DNA of 64,000 nucleotides from Schizochytrium sp. TIO01 (lineage: Eukaryota; Protista; Bigyra: Labyrinthulomycetes), in the NCBI GenBank assembly GCA_004764695.1, contig SMSO01000007.1, positions 1,929,270 to 1,993,269 on the forward strand, written 5' to 3'. Positions 1-12,049 of this stretch are shown here, one piece after another. Each line of letters opens with the position of its first letter. The stretch's first letter is position 1. The position numbers and the translations under genes are program-made. The notes below the pieces were generated by a model, which saw only the letters and a program-made list of their open reading frames with translations, had not been told where the DNA came from and ran no database searches.

Positions 1-231
1 AGACTCCTTTATTTGCCCTTAAAAGACGCTAGTTTTTATTTTCGATACCCACTGATTGGTCGAATTGCAACTCAATATTGTTCCTTCCAGGAAGCGAAGT
101 CTAATTGACAATACGATGCTTAACAAATTTGCGCTTCCTCACCGTAGGGGCGGCTTTGATCTGCCATTGTGAAGTCTTCGGTTGATTTTGGTGGCGCTCC
201 TGTGAACACTTGAACCATCTGCTCCACTTGC

Positions 232-250
232 TAATATATATATATATATA
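232..250. repeat. (TA)n microsatellite
   Basis: Run of tatatatata visible directly in the sequence. Confidence 0.9.
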
Positions 251-2325
251 ACTATCTCACGCTCTTGGGAAGACAGGCAGAGGGTAATCTCGCAAAGCAC
301 TAGCTTGTGCGCTCACCAATAGTTGGTTGCCCTTTGGCTAAAGCAGGTGAGAGAGATATTGATGATAGCGCTCCCAAAGGCGGACTACAGTTTCGCCTGC
401 ACGTGTCTCTCCGCAGCCTCTCGCTGTCCTCAAGAAGAATCTCGTGACATCTTCCTGCTAATGACGACCAGCTTCGCAGATTTGTCATCTTGAGCATCTC
501 GCTACCTCGCGAGCAAGACGACATCCACTAGCAGCCTTGCATCCTGTATGATCTTTCAAGATTTCCATCCACGTGCGTACCTCCTCAGAGGGTCTCCACA
601 TCGCTTTGGTCAGTGTAACGTTATTCGTTATATACAGTACTAAAATATTACAAATTCATTCTCAGCTAATACGATAGCAGTCGCTCTCGCACCAGCAGGC
701 CGGCTGCTTCCCAGCTTCTACCAAAATCAAGACCTCCTTTCGGGATCTCCAGACTTCCCAGCGAACGCCACGCAGGGCAGCCCGGCCTCTCACTGCCTCT
801 GGAACATGCGTCTTCGAGTTCGACCTCGTAGTTTCCTTCGTTTTGCCTACCCAACACAACGAAAGAAACGAACAGCAGAACCTTTGCAGAACCTATGAGG
901 AACCATGGTCGTGCATCTCATCGGTGCCCTGAACGCCAGCAAATGCAAACGAAAAGCCCGTCTTAAGCAGCAAGGCAAGGCCTCCATGTTCACAACACTG
1001 AGCCATCCTTGAGGCTAGGTCCATGCGGGAAAGAGTATATTCCAGTGAGTGAGTGAGTGAGGAGTGAGGGAGTACCAACGAATGGTGCACCCGAGTTATT
1101 AGTGCAATGATGGTGACTGTTTCAGGTTCTTTTCTTTAGAAAAGAATAAACACACACATAGGTATAAATAGCCTACCTGTTAATTAAAAAAATTAAAATT
1201 AAAATTAAAAAACCTCAGAAGAATAAACAAAAAGACTCTGTCCGCAAGTCGGTGAGTAGTAGTTATATAGACTTAGATAGCCTTGGGTTGAGGGTTTCGT
1301 CTTTTTCATTTTTGCGGTTATATTATAATAAATATGGCCAAAGCAATTGCCAAAGGCAGAGACCTGCTCGGTCAGGACATGGACGAGCGAGAGCTGTGAC
1401 GCTGCATTGGGATGCTGAGCGAGGGACTGGCACCTTAGAGGAGGAGGAGGGATCTTCTTTTCTCTAGAGAGCCCTTGGCTGGAGCATGGATGGTTAAAGA
1501 CTGGCTGCGACGATGGGTGCATCTTGGTCCCTCGTTCTTTCTCTCTAACTAAAAGAAAAACTGAAAGAAAAAGAGAAAGAAAAAATGATGCTTTTCCTTG
1601 TTAATGTTAGTACTTACTACCTATTCATTCATCTTCTTTCTTCTGGTTCTTCTTCTGTTTCTGCTTCTTTTGGGTACCAAAAAGAGCGAAAGATGTGCAA
1701 ATAAAATGCAAATCAAGCCATTGTCTTCGATCAATCAGTCCAGTGGAAGAGCAGTGGGTATGGCGCAATGCAAGCAACCCGGGTGCAACTTCAACGACGC
1801 CTCACAGTAGACTTTCGTTGCTTTACTCACGACGAACTCCGCAACGTGGCAACTGGTATTCGTAAAGCAAAGTAAAGCATCCGTGTTTGTCTTCAAGTTG
1901 AACATTGAAGTGCTATGCGTAAATGAGAGTTTCTCACGATTCCCGAGTTTTACCTACCTACCTTTGGATTTGAAGAATGACTTGAGCGATCCATATGCTT
2001 CGAAACATAAAGCTAATTCTCTTCCATGAATTGGCAAAAGACGAGAATGCTCAACTTGCTACAACACGACTCTCCGTTTGCAGGAGGTGGGCGCTTAGGT
2101 ACTAGTTTGCTTTGGAGAGGGTGTGCTCAGATCACATATTCACATATTTTCTAATTCTTTTCTCTTTTTTTGCTTTTTTGCTTTTTTCTATAGAGGCTTT
2201 TTTCTCTTTCCAAGTTTCCTGTTCGATGACCAATTTTGTAAAGTTTATCGGGGTCCGACTCCATCCTCGTCGCAGCGTTCACTCGAGCCAGAGTAGAGCT
2301 GCACTTAAGCAGAAGCAGGAGAGTC

Positions 2326-2785
2326 GTGCCACTCTTCCTTGGAGTGTATTTCTGTTTAGCTGCACTTGGCCTCGCTTTGACTTACCGCGACACTGACATC
2401 CACACGGTCAATCAATCAATCAATCAACTCAGAGAGAGAGAGAAAAAAAAAAACACAAACAAGAACAAAAACAAATACAAACAAACAATCTCGCAACCAG
2501 GAGGTGTCGCGCAAAGACCCCGAGTCCTACGCAGACTCGGCCTTAGAGGCGAAGATCCAGCTGCCACACGTGGTGGTCTCGCGAGGAGAGTCACGCAAAG
2601 AGGGCTCTGCAGCGGCCAAGTTCGTCTGGCCAAAGACTTGCCGAGCCTTTTGCACCTCTGTATTACACAGAGAGAGAAAGGACGTCAAAACCGTCTTTTG
2701 CTTGAAGACCAAGACCGAGGCGAAGGACAACAGCAAGATCATTGACTTCAAGGACCTTTAAAAGGTCATCTTTGAAGAAGGTTAG
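2326..2785 (+). pseudogene. Decayed CAMK/CDPK-like protein kinase fragment
   Basis: Frame from 2501 reads ...LEAKIQLPHVVV...AFCTSVLHRERKDVKTVFCLKTKTEAKDNSKIIDFKDL*KVIFEEG. This resembles HPNIV...HRDLKPENFLF...KIIDFGLSKVF, with broken catalytic motifs and an in-frame stop. A putative GT..AG intron lies at 2407-2500. Confidence 0.35.
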
Positions 2786-2901
2786 GTGCGGTGGAACTAG
2801 GTACTCGCCTTTCTAAAGATCTGTCGGGTTTAACGCTCCCGAACAAACGAAATTAAGAACTAGCCAGGATTCACCACCAGAGGTGAGTGAGTTGCCTAAG
2901 G

Positions 2902-2950
2902 CATACATACATACATACATACATACATACATACATACATACATACATAC
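2902..2950. repeat. (CATA)n microsatellite, probably in a 5' UTR intron of the RhoGAP gene
   Basis: About 12 copies of CATA just after a GTGAGT donor-like site at 2883. Confidence 0.85.
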
Positions 2951-3127
2951 TAATCAGACATTTGTAGAAAAGACATACGAGATCAACTAAGGCGACAGCC
3001 GCATATCAAACAAACTCACTGCCGATTAAATATATCAGATAGGTCCCAAGGGATCATATTTAGACAGCTAGGTTGGCGGTTAAATTAAGACTAGCACAGT
3101 AAACAAATCAGCAAGTGATCCACCGTC

Positions 3128-4654
3128 ATGAAGGGCTTCAAAGATGCGCGAAGGCGCATGAAGCAGCAGGCGCTGCAAACTTTGGGTGTTGCAGAAGCAA
3201 CTGAGGACTCGACTTTCAAAGAGGAGTATTGTGGTTACAAGAGCACATGTTTTGCGCTCAAAAGCTTGAGGAAAAGCATGGAGGTGCACCTTGACGCCAT
3301 TCGAGCCATGCAAGCATCGGCAGCATCCCTGAGTGTAGAGCTTGCAGCATTTCACCAGCACACAGAAGCTGCCAAAGCCACCGTAGCTTATGGTCAGGCC
3401 CATGCAGAAGCAGAACGTATCAATCTAGCCTCAGTAGAACGGCTCTACGATGAAGAAGTGAACGCCGCCACAGAGCTTCTGCTCTGGCAAGTTCCCGAGG
3501 TAGAGGACAAAATTAAGCAACGCAAGAAGTTTCTTCTGGACTACGATGCCCATCTTCGCAAATACGAAAGCTCCGTACGCACAGCAAGTGATATGCAAGA
3601 TAAGGGTGTTCGTCCTCCAGTGAATAAATTGACCTTTACCCGTCGCAAATCAGAAACACAAATTGCTGAAGAGGTAACACAACGCAAAGTGAAACTCGAA
3701 CAGGCTGAGATACTAGTCGATGATAGCACCAAATGGCTATTAGAACAATTCGAGGAGATGGAGGATCAGCATCGCTCTGGCATGCTTCTGAAGGGACCCA
3801 TGTCTGCTCTGATTGCGTGCCAATTGCACTATCTGCGCCAAGTGACAGCGCGCCTCGAGGCTATCAAACCTATGTTTGAGAGCACTGACATCTACATGGG
3901 TACTTTGGAGCGTTACGACAAGGAACCAGCGCGCACGCAGGAACTCGATGTGGAAGGTATGGCCAACAACCTCAACGCAACAATGCGCCGAAGACCAACT
4001 AGCATGCAGGGTGGTCTTGTCTTTGGTTCCCCAGTGACAACAAGCACTCCTACTGTAGTATGCGATAGTATTGCATATATTCGTGCCAAGGGTGTTGAAA
4101 CTGAAGGTATCTTCCGCATTTCAGGAAACAAAGATACCATGGATTACCTTCGCCAGCAGTATGATTCTGGCTTGCGGGGTGCGATTTGTCAGAGTGGCGT
4201 TGATGTGCAGATCCACGATGTGTGTGGCCTTCTCAAACAGTGGTTTCGTGAATTGCCAGAGCCCCTTATCCCTTCGCACCTCTACGAGACTCTTATCTCC
4301 CTTGCACGGCAAGATGTTGCATTGGAAAGCCCAGTCACCTGTTCACTGGTACTCGAGTTCACTGCCAACCTTCCGCCTGTGAATCGAGAGCTGCTTGGCT
4401 TCTTGGCACGCTTTTTGAATGAGGTGTCTAGAGTCGAAAACATCAACAAGATGAGTGCAAATAACCTTGCGACATGCTTTGCACCTACTCTTCTGCGTCC
4501 GCCTGAGGATATGCCTCCCAACATGGTTCTTAAGGATATGCAAGCCGCCATTGCTGCCATCAAGGTATTCATCATATACGCAGATCGATTACCTGAACCC
4601 AAGAAGCGCGATATCACTGAGAACACCTATGTGAACTTTCCAAAGGCTGCTTGA
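3128..4654 (+). CDS. BAR-domain + RhoGAP protein (508 aa)
   Basis: N-terminal helical BAR-like region (KIKQRKKFLLDYDAHLRKY). C-terminal RhoGAP with arginine finger EGIFRISG, LLKQWFRELPEPL and NKMSANNLATCFAPTLL. Confidence 0.9.
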   Translation: MKGFKDARRRMKQQALQTLGVAEATEDSTFKEEYCGYKSTCFALKSLRKSMEVHLDAIRAMQASAASLSVELAAFHQHTEAAKATVAYGQAHAEAERINLASVERLYDEEVNAATELLLWQVPEVEDKIKQRKKFLLDYDAHLRKYESSVRTASDMQDKGVRPPVNKLTFTRRKSETQIAEEVTQRKVKLEQAEILVDDSTKWLLEQFEEMEDQHRSGMLLKGPMSALIACQLHYLRQVTARLEAIKPMFESTDIYMGTLERYDKEPARTQELDVEGMANNLNATMRRRPTSMQGGLVFGSPVTTSTPTVVCDSIAYIRAKGVETEGIFRISGNKDTMDYLRQQYDSGLRGAICQSGVDVQIHDVCGLLKQWFRELPEPLIPSHLYETLISLARQDVALESPVTCSLVLEFTANLPPVNRELLGFLARFLNEVSRVENINKMSANNLATCFAPTLLRPPEDMPPNMVLKDMQAAIAAIKVFIIYADRLPEPKKRDITENTYVNFPKAA

Positions 4655-5554
4655 GTCAGCATCTCCCTTTACTAGCCCCCTTTTCTTTCTGCCACTGTCC
4701 CTCCACTTCTTCACCCACTTTGTTTATAATGCCATGGTTTGGTCATCCCAAGGATTCCACGTGTACTTGCAAAGTTAAGTTCTCGTTAACCTTTTGTGTG
4801 CAGATCAAGATATAGACGCACTGCAATCGTTTGTAGAGGAACCATCGCACACTGCCTCAACTGGGGAATTGATATTTTACGGCCTTTGTGATTCGTGCGG
4901 GGTGCGGGTCGCATCCAGAAAGAGTCCCTTCTACAATAGATAGCGTAGTTTCTGACTATCACCGCAGTAAATTTGTTTTGCAAACTATTGCTATGTCAAT
5001 TATGATTGCAATAATTAAGATCAATGAAAATGTTTAGCCCCTTCCCCTAACTATTTTGATTTCAGCTTTTGTTTCTTTAACGATGTTCTTCTTATTTCGT
5101 CAATGCGAGACTTCTGCCTTGCCTGAACAATGAGACTTGTAAATGCAATGATTCGTAAGGAGGTAATCATCAAATAAGAAGGACACCAAAACTACAAAGC
5201 AAGAGGTAAGATAAAGGATTTGGTTTTCAAGATTTTTTATAAATTCTTTTCGCGGGGTTGTTGTATTTGATTCAAGTTGTTCGGTGTTCGACTCTTCATA
5301 TCGCCGAAGCTGCTATCAAAAGTAACAGCATTCGAGGGAGGAGTTTTAAGTTTCGATGTGTTGGCCATACCTACCAGCAGGCCAGGTTAGATTCCTTACT
5401 CCACGCATTTGTTCAGGTCATTCTTTATTCTACCTTTTCGTCTTACCCACAGCAAAATGATTGCACATCTGAGCCAGCACGTGGTGATTTGTCAATAAAC
5501 ATCTGATTGTTGCCTCCGCCATGGGCGGAAGCGAGCACATGGGAGGTCCACTAA

Positions 5555-5977
5555 TTAAGATGGGGGCACCAGAGCTGATGCTGCTGCACGGCGTTTGCGT
5601 CGTTCCTCAAGCTTCTTAATGTCACGTGGGCGCTTTAGTTTGCTGGTGTGATCCCTAATGATCTCAGACATTCTCTTGTGGAAGACGCCTTGCTGGTCGC
5701 CAGTGAGAATAGTGCTGATCTTTGCCTTCCCAGCGCGCTTAGACTTGCCCGCATCCTTGTTGGCCAGTGCAGAGTCATCACGTTCGCCACCCATAGCTTG
5801 TGCACGAATGAGGCAAGCCTGACCCTTGGGAAGCTCAGCACGAAGCTTTTTCGGTCCCCTCGAGAGGTCCTTATCCTTAACCATTTTCATGCTGATCGTG
5901 ACAGAGCCAGACTCCTTTGTCTCCTTGTACATCTCGGCAAGGAGCTCCAGGAAAGCATTGTTATCCACACGGGGCAT
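5555..5977 (-). CDS. SRP14: Signal recognition particle 14 kDa subunit (140 aa)
   Basis: MPRVDNNAFLELLAEMY..SGSVTISMK..CLIRA..KISTIL..KLKR matches the SRP14 pattern; ATG at 5977. Confidence 0.85.
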   Translation of the reverse strand: MPRVDNNAFLELLAEMYKETKESGSVTISMKMVKDKDLSRGPKKLRAELPKGQACLIRAQAMGGERDDSALANKDAGKSKRAGKAKISTILTGDQQGVFHKRMSEIIRDHTSKLKRPRDIKKLEERRKRRAAASALVPPS

Positions 5978-6734
5978 CGTTAATAGTCTCAAATATCAGA
6001 GATTATTGACAAACTCACACGTCCTTAGAGTCCAGCTTTTAATTGCGGCTTTGAGTTAGTTTTTGGTTCTGGACAAGGTCTTGACGTTGGGCTTGGTCTA
6101 AAGCTCAAGACTAGAAGAATGTCAGCGCCCCGCAGTGAGTAGCCGCAGAGTGAGGTTCCTGCACAACCAGAATCTCAAAAGATTCGTTAGGATTAAATCA
6201 AAAGCGTTGTCGCTCTTGATCGCGGAGGAAATGTGGTGCAAAAACTATCGCACAACCAAACGAAGAATAAGATGTCGATGATCTGCTTTCCAGGTGTACT
6301 TTCGCGTTGGCAATTAACCAAACGTGCCGCAGGTTTCCGGCAGTAACAAAGGGGAAAGTTAACCTCGTAAGTGGAGGCAGAGGGTGTAGCGTGGATTCGC
6401 AGGCGCGCGAAGTATCGTCAGTGGAGAGCGGAAGCACGGCAATCCCAGACTGGATCGTGGTAGTCTCGCGAACAACTCGGGCGACATTTTACCCAATCAT
6501 ACATCGGAAAGGGTACTAAATAGGTATAATATAATCAGGTAGTACATAATGGAGGAAAAAATGTAACTTCAGGGCCTCCATGTTACGGGTGAATAACCGT
6601 CTCAAAAGACCATAACCTACAAACAAAGGCAACCAAAATCGTCAAAATTGCATGAACCGCGTGGTTGAAGCCTCTTTTAATTGGCCAATTGGCCCCTGCG
6701 TGAAGCGTGAGAACAAAAATATTGTCTCGAAGTC

Positions 6735-7700
6735 ATGACGACTGCCGCGAAGGAGTTATTAAGACTCCGGCAACGCAAGGAGGCGTTGGAATCGGAGACG
6801 CTGGAAATGAAGATGTGTCACGAGCTCGAGTTAGGTGACCTTAAGCTAGAAGGCGTGAAATTACGAGGCCAGGCGAGGCGTCTTGAAGGGGATGTACTAC
6901 AAACTGAGTTATTTGATGAACGCGCTCGTGAAATGCAGAGGCTTTGCAAGAAAGAAAAGCATGTTCTTCAAGAGGTGGCTCGTAAACTAGGGGATGAGTT
7001 ATATCTACACGAACAAAAGGTCTCCCTTACGGCCGGTACAAGTCGGGTTCTACGCAGAGAAGTGCAAGATCTCCTCAAGCAGGTACAAAATAGGCGCAAG
7101 GAACTTGAGAGCCACCGTGCCAAGCGTAGGCGAGATGCAATTGATCAGGTATCTGCAGAGGGACTCTCCATGGCTGTACAACGGCTGAGCCGGGAGACTG
7201 CGTATAGTGAAAGTTTGCTCGAGACTGAACGGCTTCAATGGGCTGCACTTGAGGCACGTGCCCACCGGGCCGGGGTGAATATCGATGCTTTAGAGAAGCT
7301 GCGTAGCTCCTTGCTTGAGGACCAAGCTAGAGCTGACCAAGAAATGGATTTCCTCGAATTCCAAACAGCACTTGCAAAGCGCGAACGAGACAAGGAAGAA
7401 ATTCTTGATCGATTTGTAGCTAAACATGTAGCACTGCATCATCCAAGTTTTGTGACAGAGCGTGCAAGCCAGGATCAAGCAATGACTGTCCAGCTCTGGC
7501 AAAAGATTTCGGAGGCCCTAGATGGACTTGACAAGGCGAACATACCCAAGTCTACATTACTTCTCGCAAAACTACGTGTTGAACTTGGCAAAATGCACGC
7601 GGCGGTTTTGCATGCTTTGCAGCGCGAAGAGAAGGTTGCTGATGCGCTTGTAAACCTCGTTAAAGAAAAGGAACAAATTGAACAAGGCATACCGGTATAA
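6735..7700 (+). CDS. Coiled-coil protein of unknown function (321 aa)
   Basis: Long ATG-initiated ORF rich in E/L/R/K heptads. Divergent from SRP14, with CCAAT/ATTGG elements at about 6680. Confidence 0.7.
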   Translation: MTTAAKELLRLRQRKEALESETLEMKMCHELELGDLKLEGVKLRGQARRLEGDVLQTELFDERAREMQRLCKKEKHVLQEVARKLGDELYLHEQKVSLTAGTSRVLRREVQDLLKQVQNRRKELESHRAKRRRDAIDQVSAEGLSMAVQRLSRETAYSESLLETERLQWAALEARAHRAGVNIDALEKLRSSLLEDQARADQEMDFLEFQTALAKRERDKEEILDRFVAKHVALHHPSFVTERASQDQAMTVQLWQKISEALDGLDKANIPKSTLLLAKLRVELGKMHAAVLHALQREEKVADALVNLVKEKEQIEQGIPV

Positions 7701-7931
7701 TTGGGCGGTAAACTTATCCATGGATAATGAGATCCCACGTTATATTTGACGTCATGAAAAAGAATCGTTTGTTCAAACTAGATTTCAGGGCTAGATTTCC
7801 GCTGGTTAGATTTTTTCGTCTACATGGATACTGAGACAAGCATGTAAGATGACTACGAGCTCAACAAAACGAGAACATGGAGAGTATTTATAGAAAAAAA
7901 TCGTTTTTGCTTCAGTCCTACCAAGGGTATG

Positions 7932-10809
7932 TTATATATCAAGGCGTTTTTTCTGTTTCGTACGAAGAGCGCGAGGAAGCATCATCGGAGCAGCCGGTGC
8001 TGGCGTTGGCGTTGGTGCTGTATACTTTGTTCGCATTGGCTGCACGCTTACGGTTGTAGAGTCGATACTATCTTCAGTCCAAGAATACGTCTTCTTGTGA
8101 AGCTCAAGGGCCTTCTCTGCTTCGGAGGCGCTTGAAAGACACACATCTGCAGAGGCATGGTTGTCTGCAATTCTCACATTTTCGATGCTTCCGCAGGCCT
8201 GTAAGGCTCGGGCGAAGTCTGAAGTCCCATTTTGCAGCGCTTCCATCGTACAGTGTAAAGGAGGGAGACCAGTAATATGTACGGTCCTGCGAGCCTCGCC
8301 TGCAGATAAGATTGGTGTTGAAGTAGATACTTCTTTCGCAGGTGTTTTACGTTCTCCTGGTGGTCTGACCTCAAGGAGTTGCAATGCCCTGCCATCCAAA
8401 GGCACATTTTGTAACTGAGTAAAGGCTGCATCTGCCATCGGCTGTGCTTTGTATACCACAGTGCACTGCCCTTTAAATTGGCCATGAGCGTTGCGCTTAA
8501 GAAAAACACGTGCCACTTTTCCACAGGTTTCAAAATGATTGCGAATGGCTTCTTCTGTACTCTTGTAAGATAGATTAACCACAAAAATACTCCTCTTCCT
8601 TTCAGCTTCTCGTTTCGCAGCCTTGCTGTCAGATTCGTCATCTTGTTGATCCGGCTGGTTATCGCTAGTTTTCATTGTGCTTACGATTTGCTGTAAGCCA
8701 GATAGAGGCTTGACTTCAGAAGCATCGGTTTCGCTGTTGTCCTCAACGCGAGCCTTCTTTGCCAAGCTTTCGTTCAAAACCTCCATGTGAGAATCCTTTG
8801 AGTTGCTCGAGAAAGTAACTTGAGCGCTCGCCTCCTGGGCTTTACGCTTTTCGCCCACTTGGCCTGCACTTGTTGATGCATCCTCGCCCATCTCCACATC
8901 AGAATCCTTTCTGGATATTGCTGTTGCAGACTTACTTGCAGAGCCCTTGTTCTCGTTTTCTTGGCCCTTGCCAGACCCTCGTTTCTTGTTGCCTGGTTTG
9001 GACGTGCCCTTTTGAGATACACGACCCTTGCCTTTCTGTGCTGCAGTGCTCGCGGCTACTGCTGCTGCTGCTGAAAGTTGTGCACGGGCACGCAAAGAGA
9101 GGGTTCTGCTCACTTGAAGCTGAGCGGACTCGAGTGTTTCCAAAGTGCCCCAGCGAGCCTCGAAGTCTTCCCATGCTCGAGCAACGCCCAAGGCTGCAGC
9201 AGATGACTTTGCGTTCTTACTTCTTGAGGAAGACGCACTTGCGTCGTCTTGCGTTTTGGCTGCGTATAGAGCTCGCTTATAGAGCTTGCGGCAGCGCGTT
9301 AATTCGTTTGCTACCTGGAAAAATGAGATCGCCTTCATGTAGACACCTACCATATCAGGAAAGGCTTCAATAAGAGCATCCCAGCGCTCGGCGCTTTTAA
9401 CGATGCAGTCCTGGACGATTGGACTATCCTTAAAGATTGAAGTCATGCATAGGCAGCGGGAAAAGTCTTCCACAATACGCAAACGTGGAGTATGATCAGC
9501 TGGGAACATGGTTGCTACTACAGATTCTGCATACTCAAATTGCTTGACAAGTTGTTCCTGCAGTTCTGGATTTGTGCCCTTGGCAGTGGCGAATCTACGA
9601 TAACTATGGCAGGAGGCGAGCAAGACATCACAGAATGCTTGGCTAGAATTCAAGCCGTCTTGCATCGCGCGGAATGTCAGAGATGCGATCTGATCCACTA
9701 GAGCTTGTGCGTCTCCTGCACGTTGCTCCCCTATAACGAGACGTGCTCGCCACAAAGACACCGACCCATGGCAATGTGCCAGTGCCCTTTCTGCAACTGT
9801 CTCTGCCAAGGACAGGTCACGAAGCGTAAATTTGCACAGCCCAATCTAAGCTTCCCAAAGTTCTACTTGAGTTCTGCACATTTCGACAGCACGTTCATAA
9901 AGAGACTGTATGAATCGCTGCGCCCAGGGTTGTGCCATAAGCTTACGAAGGTGCTGTTGCATGGCATCAATGTAATCCATCCAAAGGCTTGCAAGTCCTT
10001 CTGGCGCGGGGTCTGCAGCGGTCATGGTCTCGAACCTCTGGAAACTGTTGTGGAATACGGCGTTCAAAGGCATCTGCTGCAATAGAAATTCTGCGCTGCT
10101 CTTCCGTTGCTGTGACAATTTCATCTGCAGTTTCTTGTGGCAAGTTCAGCCGCAGCATCGCTGCCTTGAGTCCTGCATCTAGAATCGGACATTCTGCTCT
10201 TTCACGCAAGAAATCCTCCAGTTCTTTCGAGGGATTTGCCGGCGGGACGCCTGCATTCCGGCCGCTCTGGCAGGCCTCCTCAAATATCTGCCACGTATTC
10301 CATAGCGAAACTCCCTTGCGAACATCAAAACCTGCTGTCCTTGCAGCTTTTTGCATCTCCATACGGCGCTTGCTTTCATCTCGAACGTCAGAATCCTTGT
10401 GCGTATTTTGCTGTTGATCTTCGGGATCGTTAGAATTGGATTTATGTTGAGCAGGGTCTGTGTTTTTAAGTCGTAACTCCCACAAAGCAACAGAATATGG
10501 GAGCGCTTCGGAAGCGTTGTAGCTCAGGGAAGAAACGTCCCCTCCAATCCGAGCCTCGTCCTCGATCCAGTGGAGCCAGTCAATTTCTCTCAAAGAGAAC
10601 GAGCTCGCAAACCGTTTTCTTGCTTCACGAAGACGCTCAAGCTCTCCTGCTTCGCGAAGTTTCTCGATGAGCTCGACGTGAGCGCCGCAGTTTGAAGGAT
10701 TCGCAACCACGGAGGCCTCGAGAGTGGCTAAAGCAGCCTCTTGAGCAGCATCTGAGAGAGAGGAGGCACTGCTGAAGCCCGAGTCCGAGACAGCGTCGTC
10801 CTCCACCAT
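7932..10809 (-). CDS. SART3: SART3/Prp24-like U4/U6 snRNP recycling factor (HAT repeats + 2 RRMs), interrupted in this sequence
   Basis: N-terminus AHVELIEKLREAGELERLREARKRF...WLHWIEDE. HAT repeats (LWMDYI, LYERAV, WEDFEARWGTLETL). RRM SIFVVNLSY..FKGQCTVVY. C-terminal MMLPRAL. One frameshift near 10053 and an in-frame TAG at 9846-9848 separate three ORFs that otherwise form one protein. Confidence 0.85.
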
Positions 10810-11243
10810 GGTTTTTGCAACTCTAGAATCTCGAAGCTAATGAATGGGCCAATGAGTGCAAGAACGAGTTTATAAGTCCGGATTCGGGTTTGGACTCTCT
10901 TCTGTTCTTCTGTACCTATGAAATCTTTAGAACTGATATAGCCTCTAAATAGTAGTGACTACTCCATATAATAAATGTAATGTAAATGATGTAGTATACT
11001 TATTTAGGTCTTTGTTAAAGAGTGGGGTTAGGTAAGAAACTGGAATGGCCAAGGAACCACCAAGCTCCAAACACTACAAGCGAAGCGAATCCAGAAGCAT
11101 CTACCGTCTACAAAGACAGTGGTAGAGGGGTCAACTTCAACAGGCCGCCCTACTAGAGTTCCGAGATTCACCGCAAGGTTGCACTTAGGCTCTGTGAAAA
11201 CTCGTGTGATCCTTTTGCCTAAATCTGAAACCTCAGTTTGCAA

Positions 11244-11546
11244 ATGGATCAAAATCAAGACAGCTCGAATGATGTGTCGTTCGCTGGCTTCTGGGAAGTG
11301 TTCATTCGCAAACCCGAGCTTTTCCTCTGCCAGTGCTGTAAACGGGTTATTTGCCGAGAGGATTGCACTTCAAAACCATGCAATAAATGTGGCATCATCT
11401 ACGACAAGCTCACAACATCCAAGGTTTCCAATTGCCCCCCAACAAAATTCAAACACGTAGCCCATCGTGGTATCCACGTATCGGGCCACCTATCCATCCA
11501 AGTACATGATTTGAGGGTTGTCTTTAAGTCCTGGGTTAGTTTTTAA
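11244..11546 (+). CDS. Possible small Cys-rich protein (CxxC pairs)
   Basis: 100-aa ATG ORF with CQCC..C..C...CNKC; no recognisable family. Confidence 0.2.
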   Translation: MDQNQDSSNDVSFAGFWEVFIRKPELFLCQCCKRVICREDCTSKPCNKCGIIYDKLTTSKVSNCPPTKFKHVAHRGIHVSGHLSIQVHDLRVVFKSWVSF

Positions 11547-12049
11547 CCCGCGATTGGCCATTTTGTCACCATAGGAAATGCGCAAACTTTGTGCTGTCCA
11601 ATAATAATCATATGTTATATAGGCCCGTATAAATTGTTTAACTCTTTTATTATTTTAATTAAAATAAATCTACTTGAAATTGTGGTTTGGGAAGACTTTG
11701 ACCCTGAACGATCATTTGAGTATCAAAATGTGACATAGGAACAATGTTCTTCGCGAGAAAGGTTAGACAAGCCTTTTTAGGCTACAAAAGGTCAGGTTCT
11801 GGTGGGCCAGCATTCAGAGATTCTAAAGAGGAATAATTATATTTCACTTTCAAAATGAGCTTAATCTCTTTTATGACTAATGACAAAAAGAGAGAGACGG
11901 ACGGGAAGACACTCGGCATGTCGAAAGGCGCCTGGCCTTGCATTTGGGAGGTTTTAGAGGAAATAAACATATTGGTTTGGTTTGATTGTGGGTCTCTGAT
12001 TAGTTTTGGCTCTGCCAAATACATTTACCATTCACTTCGTTAAACATCA

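Noticed and set aside
300-1090. Short minus-strand ORFs at the window start
   Set aside because: No recognisable domain or consistent frame
9846-9848. Nuclear TAG-to-Tyr genetic code change
   Set aside because: Single instance; TAG ends the genes at 51010 and 58469, and no other long gene has an internal TAG
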